A DNA stretch of 64,000 nucleotides from the human T2T-CHM13v2.0 reference genome, Homo sapiens (GCF_009914755.1 NC_060925.1); one strand, 5' to 3'. Positions 1-13,959 are shown, counted from the stretch's first letter. Notes: generated from the sequence alone by a model not told the origin. Program-made: numbers and translations.

Positions 1-597
1 AAATTCATTTTTAATCACCAGCCAAATGGCCTCAGTTTCCTCAGGCTCTCAATTTCCAGCCCACTAGCTCGTTAGTGAAAGGCCACAACAGCCTGAATTT
101 GATCCACAGATGATGGCAGAGCTCCTGGGAGCCACTTTCAGGTTCAGCCTGGATCTTCAAGCCATGAGAATACTATCCCCAGAGACAGAAGCAAGGATGG
201 TCTTGCTTCTACCTCCAAGTGGGACATAAAAGTGGCAAAATAGAGGGGAGTCATACTGTGGTTAAATTAATCCTGAAATCAGCAGGACAGAATTAAAGCC
301 ATCAAATAAGAACCAAAGATGCCCACGCTTGCCCTCTGTCCCACCCAGGTCTGTGCAAACACCATCAGTGCCACCAGACAGGCTTAAGGGGACAAAGGGC
401 ACTGTTTCCAAGTCCAGTGGGTGGGACCCAAGCCCACCTCTGCCCCTTGGTGAGTGCCCCCCACATCAGGATGCAAGCAAGGCAACAGCAACTGTGTGCC
501 ATCTAGTTTCTAAACATAAAAAAGATTTATTGGGGTCATTTAAAAAGGCCAAAAATGGTTGGCAGAACAGCTCACCAAAAAAAAACTGTATAGATGG

Positions 598-1040
598 TGT
601 TATGGTTAGTTTTATGTGTCAACTTGATTGGGCCAAGGGATGCCCAGATAGCTGGTGAAGCATTATTTCTGGGTGTGTCTGTGAGAGTGTTTCTGGAGAA
701 AATAGCTTTTGAATCAGTAGACTGAGTAAAGAGGATTGCTGCCACCAATGTGGACGAGCATTATTCAGTTTGTTAAAGATCCAAATAAAAGAAAACGACA
801 AAGGAAGGGTGAATTCCCTTTCCCTACTTGAACTGGGACATCCATATTCCCCTGCTCTTGGACATTGGAGCTCCTCGTTCTCAAACCTTTGGACTCAAAC
901 TTGGACTTACATCATCAACCCCCCAATTCTCAGGCCTTTGGACTCAAACTGAATGATACCACCAGCTTTCCTGGTTCTCCAGTTTGCAAATGGCAGATTG
1001 TGAGATTTCTTGGCGTCCGTAACTATGAGAGCCAATTTCA
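598..1040 (+). mobile_element. MLT2-family (ERVL) LTR, partial
   Basis: TGTTATGGTTAGTTTTATGTGTCAACTTGATTGGGCCAAGGGATGCCCAGATA resembles the MLT2 5' end. Confidence 0.8.
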
Positions 1041-1618
1041 AACGTATGAAATAACCTCATTGAAGGGGTTGGAGAGAAAGGTGCTGACCTAAGTAACTTT
1101 GGAAATCAGTGGAGTCTGTAAGATTAAAGGCAAAAGAAACTGTACGTGAGTGCTATGCTCTAGTTGCTAAAATTGTTTCTTGAAGGAGTACAAATGAAAA
1201 ATTGATCTAATTATACATGTATATTGAGCTGAACAATCGAGTGAACGGATGGTGGATGGCGGGAGCCGAGTTTCTCACTGTTGGATTGAGAGGTTACAGA
1301 TAGGCAAGGGGAGGAGGCCAGAATGATCCATGCAGATTAGAGTTGGAGATTCCAGAATGAACTTAGATTTAGCTTAACAGAGATGGTTATGTAGAGATAC
1401 ATGGATCTGTACATGGGTTATCATACACATATATATTGATCTATACTTGGGTTATCATACACATATGTATTTCCTTGCTTTGTCAGTGAGAGGAACTAGA
1501 AGCAATGACAATCCTGTGGCAACAAGCACACCTATGTCTCAAGTCTTGGTTTCTAAGATCATTCTTCAATCAAAGGAACTGGGGCTTCTTGGAGATAAGG
1601 CTGATTCTAGGACTGGGG

Positions 1619-1719
1619 CATACACACATACATACATATATATACACATACATATATACATACATACATAAAATGAACCTAGATCATCTTATAGTGCCAG
1701 AAAATGAGAACACATGCAA

Positions 1720-1764
<45 letters not shown>
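1619..1764. repeat. (TACA/TA)n followed by an (AC)n microsatellite
   Basis: Direct reading; pure AC run at about 1721-1764. Confidence 0.9.
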
Positions 1765-1767
<3 letters not shown>

Positions 1768-1860
1768 TGAGGTTATGCCAAAAGGACACAAGAGCATACT
1801 GAAGGAGCTCCAAACAGCCAAAGCTAGAAGAATTCAACCAACGAAATAGACAAAGCACTA

Positions 1861-2401
<541 letters not shown>

Positions 2402-2582
2402 TCAGCATGGAAAGGGGAGAGAAGGAGCAACTTTCCAGTGGAGACACCTGACTAACACTACCTTAGCTAGGTGATCAAGGCCAGCATCAGCTGTGGTAAG
2501 GCATGTGGATGGCAGGTACTCTTGATATGATGAGATGAGAGGGGAGCTTTACCTCTCCGGTCTTCCTTCCACTAACCAATAG

Positions 2583-2774
<192 letters not shown>

Positions 2775-3179
2775 TAATTTTTAAAAAATGTTTCATTTTT
2801 TATTTTTATGGATGCATAATAGTGCATAATAGTATACATATTGATGGGGCACATTTGATATTCTGATTACAAGCGCACAATGTGCGATGATCAAATCAGG
2901 GTAATTGAGATACTTATCACCTCAAGCATTTATCATTTCTTTAATAGCCCTAGTCTTACCAGGAGAAAAAACATTAGACAAATTCTAATCCTGCAGTATG
3001 CCTGCCCAGGACTCCTCAAAACCGTCAAGGTCATCAAAAACAAGGACAGTCTTATAAACTGTCACAGCCACAAAAAGCCTAAGGATATGTGAGGACTCAG
3101 TGCAGTGTGGGGTCCTGGGTGGGATTCTGGAACAGAAAAAGGGCATTAGGTAAAAACTAAAGAAGCCCAAATAAGCTAT

Positions 3180-3470
3180 TGTATTAAGTCTGTTTTCACA
3201 CTGCTGATAAAAACATACCCTAGACTGGGCAATTTACAAAAGAAAGACATTCAATTGGACTCACAGTTCCACGTGGCTGGGAAGGATTCACAATAATGGC
3301 AGAAGACAAGGAGGAGCAAGTCACATCTTACATGGATGGTGGCAGGCAAAGAGGGCTTGGGCAGGGAAATTCCCATTTTTAAAACCATCAGATCTGATGA
3401 GACTCATTCACTATCACAAGAACAGTGCAGGAAAGACCCGCCTCCATAATTCAGTCACCTCCCACCAGAT
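3180..3470 (-). mobile_element. THE1-type MaLR LTR, partial
   Basis: TGTATTAAGTCTGTTTTCACACTGCTGATAAA...CACAGTTCCACGTGGCTGGG. Confidence 0.85.
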
Positions 3471-4047
3471 TCTAAAATTCTAAATTGAAAAGCTTATTTA
3501 AAAATCAAGCAGAGCACATATATGTAAAATGCATATGAATAAAAGAGATGACTATGACAAAAATGGTTAGGAGTATGTGAGACCAGAGAAGAAGGGAAAG
3601 GGCCTCTCTCTATCCACATAGCCAGGCCCCGTTCCATGGGAGGTTAGAGAGTGAGACACACGATTTGAACCTCACAGCAGTCCTAGAAGGGAGAGCACAA
3701 CTCTCTCCCCCATTTTGCATATAAGAAAATGAAGGCACTAGCGACTTGGTCATTCAGATGGTAAGTCGTAGAACCAGGATTTGAACCTGCGGCCACTCAG
3801 GCACCAGAGCTGCTGCTCTATACCACCACACCACACTGCCTCCCTTGCAGGAAGGTCAGGATCTTTGGCTTCCTCGAAGCTCCAAACAAACCCTGATAAC
3901 TTGCTTCCCGTCTTCCTTCCACACCACCCAGCCAGGGCAAGCCCTGGGAGATGCTTCAGGCTTAGTTAGAAAAGCTCTGAAAGCAGGGTGCCCCGGTGGC
4001 CTCCCTAGGTCCCTGACTCTCTCCTCTCTCTCTTGCCACCCTTGCAG

Positions 4048-4216
4048 GCTAAATGGGAGCTATGAAGCTCTGAAGGGAGGCAGCGCCATCGAGGCCATGG
4101 AAGACTTCACCGGGGGTGTGGCAGAGACCTTCCAAACTAAAGAGGCCCCCGAGAACTTCTATGAGATTCTAGAGAAGGCTTTGAAGAGAGGCTCCCTGCT
4201 GGGCTGCTTCATTGAT
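4048..4216 (+). CDS. CAPN9: Calpain-9 coding exon (probably exon 5), protease core: (K)[23 protein letters not shown]...GSLLGCFID
   Basis: Pyrimidine tract + cttgcag acceptor, GAT|gtaagt donor; 169 nt; classic calpain motif [16 protein letters not shown]. Confidence 0.97.
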
Positions 4217-4375
4217 GTAAGTTGCTCATGGGCTCCCATTCCAGGCACTATGCTGGGGCTGCATAGTGCATTCCAGGCACTATGCTGGGGCTGTACCAGG
4301 TACCCCAGCCACACCCAAGGAGGGGCATAACTCTTGGGGGCAGTGTTTATTCCTGCTAATTAAAACACAAGTTTT

Positions 4376-4519
4376 GGGGGGAGGTGGGAGGGATAGCATT
4401 AGGAGATATACCTAGTGCTAAATGACTAGTTAGTGGGTGCAGCACACCAACATGGCACAGGTATACATATGTAACAAACCTGCACGTTGTGCACATGTAC
4501 CCTAAAACTTAAAGTATAA

Positions 4520-4558
<39 letters not shown>

Positions 4559-4579
4559 AATAAAATAAAAATAAATAAA
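4376..4579 (+). mobile_element. 5'-truncated young L1PA 3' end with (AATA)n tail
   Basis: GGGAGGGATAGCATTAGGAGATATACCT...CCCTAAAACTTAAAGTATAATAA; TSD TAAAACACAAGTTTT. Confidence 0.93.
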
Positions 4580-4595
4580 TAAAACACAAGTTTTA

Positions 4596-4742
4596 ACCAA
4601 GCATGGTGGTGTGTGTCTGGAGTCTGAGGCAGGAGGATCCCTTGAGCCCAGGAGTTTGAGGCCGCAGTGAACTATGATCGTGTCACTGCTCTCCAGGCTG
4701 GGTGACAGATCAAGACCCTGTCTCTAATAAATAAATAACAAA
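4596..4742 (+). mobile_element. Old Alu monomer (FRAM/AluJ arm)
   Basis: Alu right-arm sequence, A-rich tail, flanked by the same TSD as the adjacent L1. Confidence 0.85.
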
Positions 4743-5670
4743 TAAAACACAAGTTTTTATTTAATAGTCGTCAAATAACAAAGGTAAGATGTACTTGCTG
4801 TATCAGATGGAACAATCTTGAGGCCCATACAGGCGCATTTTTACCTCCCTCCCACCCGTTTCTCAGCTGCCTCTGTTCTCCAGCTCCACCCTGGGACTGG
4901 GATCACCTGGCCTGTATCCTTCCCAGCTCTCTATCTGCTCGTACAAACAGGCACACACTTCCACACACAAACATCAAGGTCAGTTGGTTTGATTTTACTG
5001 AAACGGGATCTTCCTATCTAGTTTTCTGAAATTTGTTTTTTTTTTTTCATTTCATGTACTATGAAAAAAATAGCAGATAGAAGTCTAATGATATTTTTTA
5101 AAATTTTCTCTATGCATACAAACACACACACTTATAATTTTATCTCATCTTTTTAAAACTTTTTGTTGTTTTTTATGGACTGCTATGACACTATGTATTT
5201 TTTTTAATCAATTCTAGTTTTCTGTTTCCTCTTAGATTAGCCTTGGGGTCTGTTTTTTGCTAATGAATTAGCCAGTTCCTCTGCACTTTCAGGTTTGTGA
5301 CGCAGAGCTGTGTGTCCTGTTGTTATATTCTTCTTTTCGTCTCTGGGATGTATGTGATTGTGTCTTCTCTCTCACACTATACTACATGAAGGTGACAAGT
5401 TGTTCTGTTTGGGGACAAAATAGTGAACTGTTCTTTGGAGTCCACACTGGAAGCGAGCGCCTCCCCATCCTGGGAAGAGACTGGAACTTGCTTCATGTCA
5501 CTGCTAAACATCCTAGGGGAGCCCCGTGCATAGCCCACGCACATGGCCTGCACCTGGGGCAGCAGAAGGGGCTGGAGGTTGTGACCGGGCCAGGCATGTA
5601 GCTGGGTCTGATCCAGCAGGGGAGGCTTGACTTAGACGGTGGGTGTGACTCTGCTTTTTCCATGTTTTAG

Positions 5671-5754
5671 ACCAGAAGTGCTGCAGAATCTGAGGCCCGG
5701 ACGCCGTTTGGTCTTATTAAGGGTCATGCCTACAGTGTAACGGGAATTGACCAG
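5671..5754 (+). CDS. CAPN9: Calpain-9 exon 6: TRSAAESEARTPFGLIKGHAYSVTGIDQ, contains catalytic His (CAT 5725-5727)
   Basis: ttttag acceptor, CAG|gtaggc donor; 84 nt, phase 0/0; GHAYSVTG motif. Confidence 0.97.
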
Positions 5755-6107
5755 GTAGGCGACTTGAACTCCAACTGCAGGCTATGGGGAGACATGTGAC
5801 AATGCTAATCCCTTAGGCATTTATTCAGTGCATTGCAGTTTAAATGTCTGCCTTTCAGGCATTTCAGAGATTATGTCACCTAAAGAGGCAGGCTGGAATT
5901 CAAAACGGCAAGCCAGGAAAGAGAGAAACCATGTGATTCCACCGCAGCACAAAACTCGTTTAGCAGCTGTAAGCGCCTGGTCTTTGTTTATTTTTAATTT
6001 CCTTTCTTTCCCAATTCTCCTTCAGTCCTGTGTTAGTCAGGATTCTTCAGAGAAATAGAATCACTAGGGAACCAAATATATATACATACAATTAAACACA
6101 CACACAC

Positions 6108-6108
<1 letters not shown>

Positions 6109-6160
<52 letters not shown>

Positions 6161-6177
6161 ATCTATCTATCTATCTA
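6109..6177. repeat. (TATC)n tetranucleotide STR
   Basis: 13 perfect TATC units at 6109-6160 plus about 4 after a 1-nt slip. Confidence 0.95.
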
Positions 6178-6184
6178 CATCATA

Positions 6185-6594
6185 CAGTTGACCCTTGAGC
6201 AACACAGGCTTGAACTTATATGGGGATTTTCTTCCATCTCTACCACCCCTGAGACAGCAAGACCAACTCCTCCTCCTCCTTCTCAGCCTACTCAACATGA
6301 AGATAATAAGGATGAAGACCTTTACAATTACCCAGTTCCACTTAATAAATAGTAAATGTATTTCCTCTTCCCTATGATTTTCTTGATAACATTTCTTTTC
6401 TCTGGCTTATTTATTGTAAGAATACAGTATATAATATAAATAATTATAAAACATGTTAATTGGTTCTTTATGTTATCGATAAGACTTCTGGTCAATGGTA
6501 GGCTATTCGGAGTTCAGCTTTAGGGAATACAAGATTTTTTGACAATGCAGGAGGGTTGGCACCCCAACCCCTGACATTGTTCCAGGATCACCTG
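6185..6594 (+). mobile_element. Tigger2a/MER28-like DNA transposon (TcMar)
   Basis: Imperfect TIRs CAGTTGACCCTTGAGCAACA ... TTGTTCCAGGATCACCTG; TA duplication on both sides. Confidence 0.85.
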
Positions 6595-8507
6595 TAATAC
6601 GATTTATTGTAAGGCATTGGCTCATGCAATTGTGAAGAGTAAGAAGTCCCACGATCTGCTCTCTGCAAACTGGAGGCCCAAGAAAGCCAGTGGTGTAGTT
6701 CTGGTCTGAGTCTGAAAGGAAGGCCTAGCCACCAGGAACACCAATGGTAAAAGTCCCAGTCTGAGGGCAGGAGAGACGGATGTCCCAGCTCAGGCACCCA
6801 GGAAGAGAGAGTGAATTCCCCCTTCCTCTGCCTTTTTGTTCTGGTCAGGTCTTCACAGATGAGATGAGGCCCACCTACACTGGGGAGGGCAATCTGTTTT
6901 ACTCAATCAACTTAAATTTCATGTCACCCAGAAGCACCCTTGCAGACACAACCAGAATAACCTTAAAGCAAATATCTGGGCACCCCATGGCCCAGTCAAG
7001 TTGACACATAAAATTAATCACCACGAGTCCCATTCTTGTAGCTGTAGCCCAGGGTGGAACTGATCCTGGGGGACACCCAGACTCCACACAGCACCACCCT
7101 GACTTCAAGGGAGCTGTTGGTTAGGAGGAGAGATCCTTGAGGGGCACAAGGGGAAGAGAAAGAAAGAATTGAATGAAAGAGGAGGACAAGAAGCCAAAGG
7201 TATCACTCTGCCAGACTCAAGCTCAGCAAAGCCCAGCAGCCTGCCTTGCCCACTCCATGCCTCCCTGGACCAGTCTCAAGCCCAGTACTTAGAAGGTGCA
7301 GATGCACCTGGTCTTCTGTAGCCACCCACCTTTTGAGTGACATCCTCTGAATGCGTGGGGAGTAAAGAACACTGAAGGGAGACCCTGCCCTTCCTCCTCA
7401 CTGGAGCCAAGGTGTGAGACGCCATTGGACTCTTTGGGATTCTTTAGAATGTTAGCTATTTGTGTTGGCTCCTTTGTCCTCCTTCACCATCCATAGATGA
7501 CTTGCAGATTGCTCACTCAAGCGGGCATGTGATGTTTCTAGGTTAGATCTTCTACGTATTCCACGTAACAACAGAAACCTCTCATCATCTTGGTTTGCTT
7601 GATTTTGCTTCCTCTCCCCCCTACAAGGAACTCACCTGCCCTGAACCTTTCAAATTAAATGAGCCCCTTTAATGGTGAGCCACAAGCCACATCTTGGACT
7701 CTGAAGAGTTGATGTTACTTGAATTTTTACACATCCAAAATATAATTTATGCCAAATGCATGAGGATAAAACATTCTGACTGCTACAGTTTCTGGTTAGT
7801 CAATAACTAGAAGTCTTTTACTTTCACTCTCTCTCCTCCAAAACCCTTCTCAAATGCATTGGCCCTTGTCCCTGCTCCCAGGCAGAGCCTGAGGGCACAC
7901 AGGCTCAAGGGTGATTGAGGTGAACAGCAGGAATCCTCACAGACACCTGAAATAAGGAGAATATTGGGTCTAGAAGACGTAAAAGCTGTTTTTGTTTATT
8001 GTTGTGTTTAAATCCCCAACATGTGCTTATTTTCTTATCATTCATCTGTGCATGGGATGCTAGGATGAAGAAAGTTCAGTAATAGTTCCATGAGCACCTT
8101 TGAGGACTACTCTTTACCATTCACTCTGCTAGATGCTGAAGATGCCTAAGACTTGGCTCCTGCCTCTAGGGAGATCCAAGTCTAGAGAGAAACCCATTTT
8201 TAGATTCATATGGACTAATTTCTTGTTAATTGCAATTCTACTTTACTTCCCAGATGTGGCATAAGCATTTTGGTGCTTAATATAATATCATTGGCAATAG
8301 TAGCAATTATTCAATAGGAATTAGAAGGTTCCAAGGGCTGGTTAAGAACTGGCGAACTTCTACATACCTTCAGCAGCATTTTAGGCAAGAGACTTTCAAC
8401 AGAACCAGTTCTGGATGGAGCTGGTCCACCTGGAGCTCATAGATGAATGTGGCCAAACCTCCACCATATTTATCATTTCACACTTCCCTCATGCTTTTCC
8501 CTTCTAG

Positions 8508-8593
8508 GTAAGCTTCCGAGGCCAGAGAATCGAGCTCATCCGAATCCGGAACCCTTGGGGCCAGGTTGAGTGGAACGGGTCGTGGAGCGACAG
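8508..8593 (+). CDS. CAPN9: Calpain-9 exon 7: [28 protein letters not shown], contains catalytic Asn (AAC 8550-8552)
   Basis: ttctag acceptor, CAG|gtcagt donor; 86 nt; [15 protein letters not shown] motif. Confidence 0.97.
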
Positions 8594-9088
8594 GTCAGTC
8601 ACCCTATCCTGCCTCTCTGGCTGGTTCCCGGGGCGTGTGGGGCCAGAGCTGGCTTGTGCAGACATGTGAAGGAGTGGCCTGTCTACTATCCTCCCGGGCT
8701 CTGACTCAGGATCCTGTCCCGATTCTGAGGTGCCCCTTCTTCCTCCCCTTTCAGCCCTCAGGCCCACCTTGCATCAAGGTTGATTCTCAAGAAAGACTTT
8801 TACAACAGCACTCTAACTTTCACGAATTGTATTTATGTCAATACATAAATGTGTTACCTCCCATGGTGATGTTTATAACCCAGTGATATGGTGAAAAGCT
8901 TTATCTGTAGTTGTGAGTAACTCCAGTAAGCAGTGTGCATATGCATAAGTGCGTGTGTGTTTGTGTGTGTGTGTGTATTTGGAGTGTCGGAATCCCTGAA
9001 ATATTACCTAGCATGTAACTATAGGATTCTCTCTGATGGTCACTGACCATGGCAGAGGCCCAATAGCCCAGCAGAGAAATAGAAGTGA

Positions 9089-9238
9089 GGCTGAGCATGG
9101 TGGCTCATGCCTATAATTCCAACACGTCAGCAAGCCGAGGTGGGAGGATCACTTGAGTATGAGAGATTGAGGCTGCAGGGAGCTATGATTGCACCACTGC
9201 ATTCCAGCCTGGGCAACAGAGCATGTTGACCCCATCTC
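9089..9238 (+). mobile_element. Alu monomer (FAM/FRAM-like)
   Basis: Single Alu arm, followed by T17. Confidence 0.85.
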
Positions 9239-11046
9239 TTTTTTTTTTTTTTTTTAAAGGAAAAAAAATAGAGGACATGGAATTGGAATTTTATCTATTA
9301 CAGAGCTGTTAACCAGAGTTTTGGCCCCCAGTTATCAAGAAAGGTCTGCCTTTTCTGTGTGTGTCCCCACAGCTCCTCCAGCTCTGGTCCCTTGGGAAGT
9401 GGACCAGGTGACTAAGAACCAGGGATGTTTGTGTGGGTGCGTGGCAGGGCCTGCCTGAAGCTGTTGCTCGTCCGCTGCTTGTTGGGCTCCTGAAGCCCTT
9501 TCCTGCCACATCCATGGCCCCTGAGCTTCTGGGGAAATCTGAAGCTAGTCTAGAACTTGGTTAAAACTGAGCCAGTGTTTGTCTTCAGTCCAGACACAGC
9601 TACCAGGTCGCCAGACATGGTGCAGCCGCTGCTGTATTAGCCAGACCCCAGCGTGAGGGCAGGGCACACAGGCCTGTGCTTTCCAGGCTGTCATTGTCCC
9701 CATGGAGGCTCTCGTCCCACCATCCTCTGCTCTGGCCTTGGCTGCCGCCTTCTGAGAACCAAGAAGCATTGGCAGAGATGAGCTGAGATGGGTTGAGGAG
9801 GAAAGAGATTGGCCTCCCTCTCCTGGCAGAAATGGAAAGCACAGAGAACTACTGAAACCAAAATTAGTGAGACTGCGTCACGTTGTAAGATGTGCAGTGC
9901 CCCTCAACTTTGAGATCGTAGCCTATAAAGGGAAAATGGGCCATTGTCTCCCATTTTCTGGGACTCACAGAGGTAGAAATCAAGAAAGTGACTGAGAGCC
10001 AAGGCTGGAATAAAATTTGTCTTCCACTCATGCAGCCTCCATGGGTGATGGGAGGGGCAGGCGCCATCCCGACTCCCTGACTTCGCTGTGCTGCTGGTGA
10101 CATGTGAGTAGGGTTGAAGGCACCGCATGGCCAGCCTGTCAGGCCAATTATCTGGGTGTGAGCCACTTAGGATAATGGCTCCAAAAGAAAATAATGGCTG
10201 CCAGTTCCACTCTTCTGACCCTGGCCCGAGCACCTGGAGACAGGTCCCGGCTGATCCTCCCCTTGGATCACCTGAGCACTCCCCTGAGGTTGAGTTGAGA
10301 TCACAGGATGAGAGGGAGCTGCCACGTTGGCTGTAGCACCGCAACAGTGGTGACCTACTTTGAACTATTTGGAGGCGGCTGTGGGAGTCACAGAAAATGC
10401 AATGAACTTGGAGTCACAAATCCTGAGTTTGGAGAGTGACAGGCAGCCATTCCTACCCCTACTCTTCCCTGAGAGTGTTTCCATGGGCCTACCTGAGCCC
10501 TCTTATCTGCAGGACGGGCACACCTAGCTCACAGAACCCCACCTGGCTTGCCAGCGAGGTCACATACAAAAGGTGCCGGGTACAGACAACATCAAGCATG
10601 GGCAGGTGTAAGGCATTATCACCTTTCCAAGTGTCAGCTTGTCCATTAAGGAAGGGCCAAGTACTGCTCCAGGTCACATGGCAAGTTGGAGGCCAAGCAC
10701 GAAAGTCAGCAGACTTGTGGCTTCCAGCCGGGCTCTTCTGCTACCCCACGGGCATGCAATGCCTTGTGACTATCCCAAGATAATCTTCCATGTCGGTGGT
10801 TCAGATCATCCTCAGGGGTATTTTATCCATCAGCAACACTTGGAGATGTACTTTCTGACCAGCCCTCTTATTTGGGGGCCAGTGGCTCACCTGCCGCTAC
10901 ATCCCTGGGTGCATTTTTGGGACCCAGTGAGTAGTTACTAAGCAGGTCTTATTTCCTCCATAACCGCACACTGTGGGTTCCACATCAAGGCCATTGTTGC
11001 TCTTCATCATGACCTCTGCCTGAACACCAATTTTGTTTACTCCTAG

Positions 11047-11124
11047 TTCTCCGGAGTGGCGTTCTGTTGGTCCAGCTGAGCAGAAGCGTCTGTGTCACAC
11101 TGCTCTGGATGATGGGGAATTCTG
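11047..11124 (+). CDS. CAPN9: Calpain-9 exon 8: [25 protein letters not shown](W); 78-nt symmetric exon
   Basis: tcctag acceptor, CTG|gtaccg weak donor; phase 2/2; DDGEFW motif. Confidence 0.95.
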
Positions 11125-11214
11125 GTACCGTGCTTGTTCCTGTGTTAACTGCAGATACGAGCAAGTCCCATGGCCCTGGGGCGTAAGGAGCACTGTGCTT
11201 CTCTCTCGCTTTCC

Positions 11215-11687
<473 letters not shown>

Positions 11688-12091
11688 TAGAGGAAGAGCC
11701 TCTGGTCTCTAGCCTGACACACCTCCTTGGCACTCTTTGTCATCCAGGTTTACACAGTGAATTTGAAGACAGGCAGCCCTACTGCTCACAGGATCCATTC
11801 CCTCCACACCCATCTTGATGAGAGGTACCTTTGAAGGCAGCTGCCCTGAGAGCATCTAAAGATATCGACCTACGTAGGAAGTAAACATTTCTACTCTGGA
11901 CTTTCCCTTGGCCTGAATCTCTTTGTTTAATTGAACATTTGTATTGGGCCTTCATCTCTAGAATCTTTTTCAGTCTTATTTCTTCCTGTTTGGGTTCTAG
12001 AAGTTGGCCCTTCTAACCCTGTGAGACCACAAATTTCTGGTTTCTGGCTCTATTCCCTTTCATGTGCTCCAACCAATCAAGTCTTGCCTGA

Positions 12092-12429
<338 letters not shown>

Positions 12430-12527
12430 CTACAACCCAAAACCATGACTATTCCAGCCTTTTTCATTCTTTTCCCATAGAACACAGCCTCAGTAGTGAT
12501 TTGTTCTGCCTTCTGTATTTTTATAGT

Positions 12528-12895
12528 TGTCTTAGTCTATTTGGGTGGCTATAAAAAAATACCATAGACTGAGTGGCTTACAAAGAACAGGAATTTATTT
12601 CTCACAGTTCTAGATACCAGGAAGTCCAAGAAGATGACACAGGCAGTACCTATATCTGTGGAGGGCCCTGTTTCTGATTTATAGATGGATCCTTCTCACT
12701 CTGTCCTCACATGGTAGAAAGAGGGCAAGGCAGCTCTCTGGGGCCTCTTTTATAATGGCACTAACCCCATCCATGAGGGCTCCACCCTCACAACCTAGTC
12801 ACCTCCCAAAGGCCCCACCTCCTGACACTACTACTTCGAGGGTTAGGATTCAACATATGAATTTAGGGGAGACCACAAACATTCAGTCCATAACA
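12528..12895 (-). mobile_element. MLT1A-like MaLR LTR
   Basis: TGTCTTAGTC...ATTTATTTCTCACAGTTCTAG...CATTCAGTCCATAACA. Confidence 0.8.
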
Positions 12896-13959
12896 ACATG
12901 CAACAGATTTACCCAATGTTTTGCCACTGCATAACATAGATAACCATTTTCCAGCTCGAACAGTTCCATGATCCCTCTTGCTCAACTGCTAACATATTTT
13001 AGAATTTCGTTGTGGCAGTTCTGTAATTCAAGGCACCAATGACTCAAGGTAACACTAGCTGCAGTAGTGAATAGACCCCAAATATATAAAGGCTCAAACA
13101 CAGTAAAGTTTTTTCCTCACTCATTATGACAGTCCAGGGAGGATGTTCATATTCTGTGGGTGGCTCTGTTCATACAGTGATTCAGGAACCCAAACGCCTT
13201 CTATTGTGTGGCTCTGCCATCTTCTAAGGTCACGTCATCATCTGCACATAGCCAGCAGAAGAGAAGAATAAAATAAAACATTGAAAAAGACACTCTCACT
13301 TTCTAAAAATCTTGACTCAGAAGTAAATGCGTCACGGCTCACATTCTACTCCCAAATGGAAGGAGTGGGGTGCAGTCTTGGTCCTGTGCTGATGACTGCC
13401 AGCCATCTCTGCCTCGGGAACCATGAGGGTTTAGGTTCCCCAGATTTGTGGAACACATGCAGGGTGCTTGAGAGATTCCCAAGCTGTCAAATTAGAAATT
13501 ACAGATAAACTTTGAATTTTGAAGTACAGGGGACTTTGAGTTAGGGGGTTACAAGAGAGGAGCAAAAACTGCAGGAAGAAAGCTGAGTTCTGGAATTAGT
13601 ACCATCACAGTAATTGCTGCATATGAGCAGGAGGTAGAAACCAGAGTTTGAGAGGCTACCTGAGGTCAGGCTAGTGGAAAGAAGGTCTGGTGCAGACGGT
13701 GGGAGAAGCCGGGCAGAGGAAACTCGGAAATTCACAGCAGGAGGCTCCACAAAGAAGAGCGTCCATGTGAGTGATCCATTGCCCTGCCCCTCTTGAAGGA
13801 GCAGCCCCAACACCTGGGCTGAGCCTGCCCAAGGTGATGGGTGGTGTTAAATCATGCACTCTGTGCGTGGAGCCCTTCCTCCTGGAATCCTGACTCTGAA
13901 GCCCTGTGTAGCCTCTTTCCATTCTTCACCGGCTCTAGGATGTACCTCCTGCAACTCTC

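Larger units (their letters stand above)
6029..7024 (-). mobile_element. MLT2-family LTR interrupted by a (TATC)n STR and Tigger2a
   Basis: Ends ...GGCCCAGTCAAGTTGACACATAAAATTAATCAC, the reverse complement of the MLT2 start. Confidence 0.8.

Noticed and set aside
3845-4330. 161-aa ORF (and similar ORFs at 11033, 15437, 16659, 16927, 26602 and 31686) as standalone genes
   Set aside because: Each is a CAPN9 exon plus intronic read-through; calpain similarity stops exactly at the splice sites
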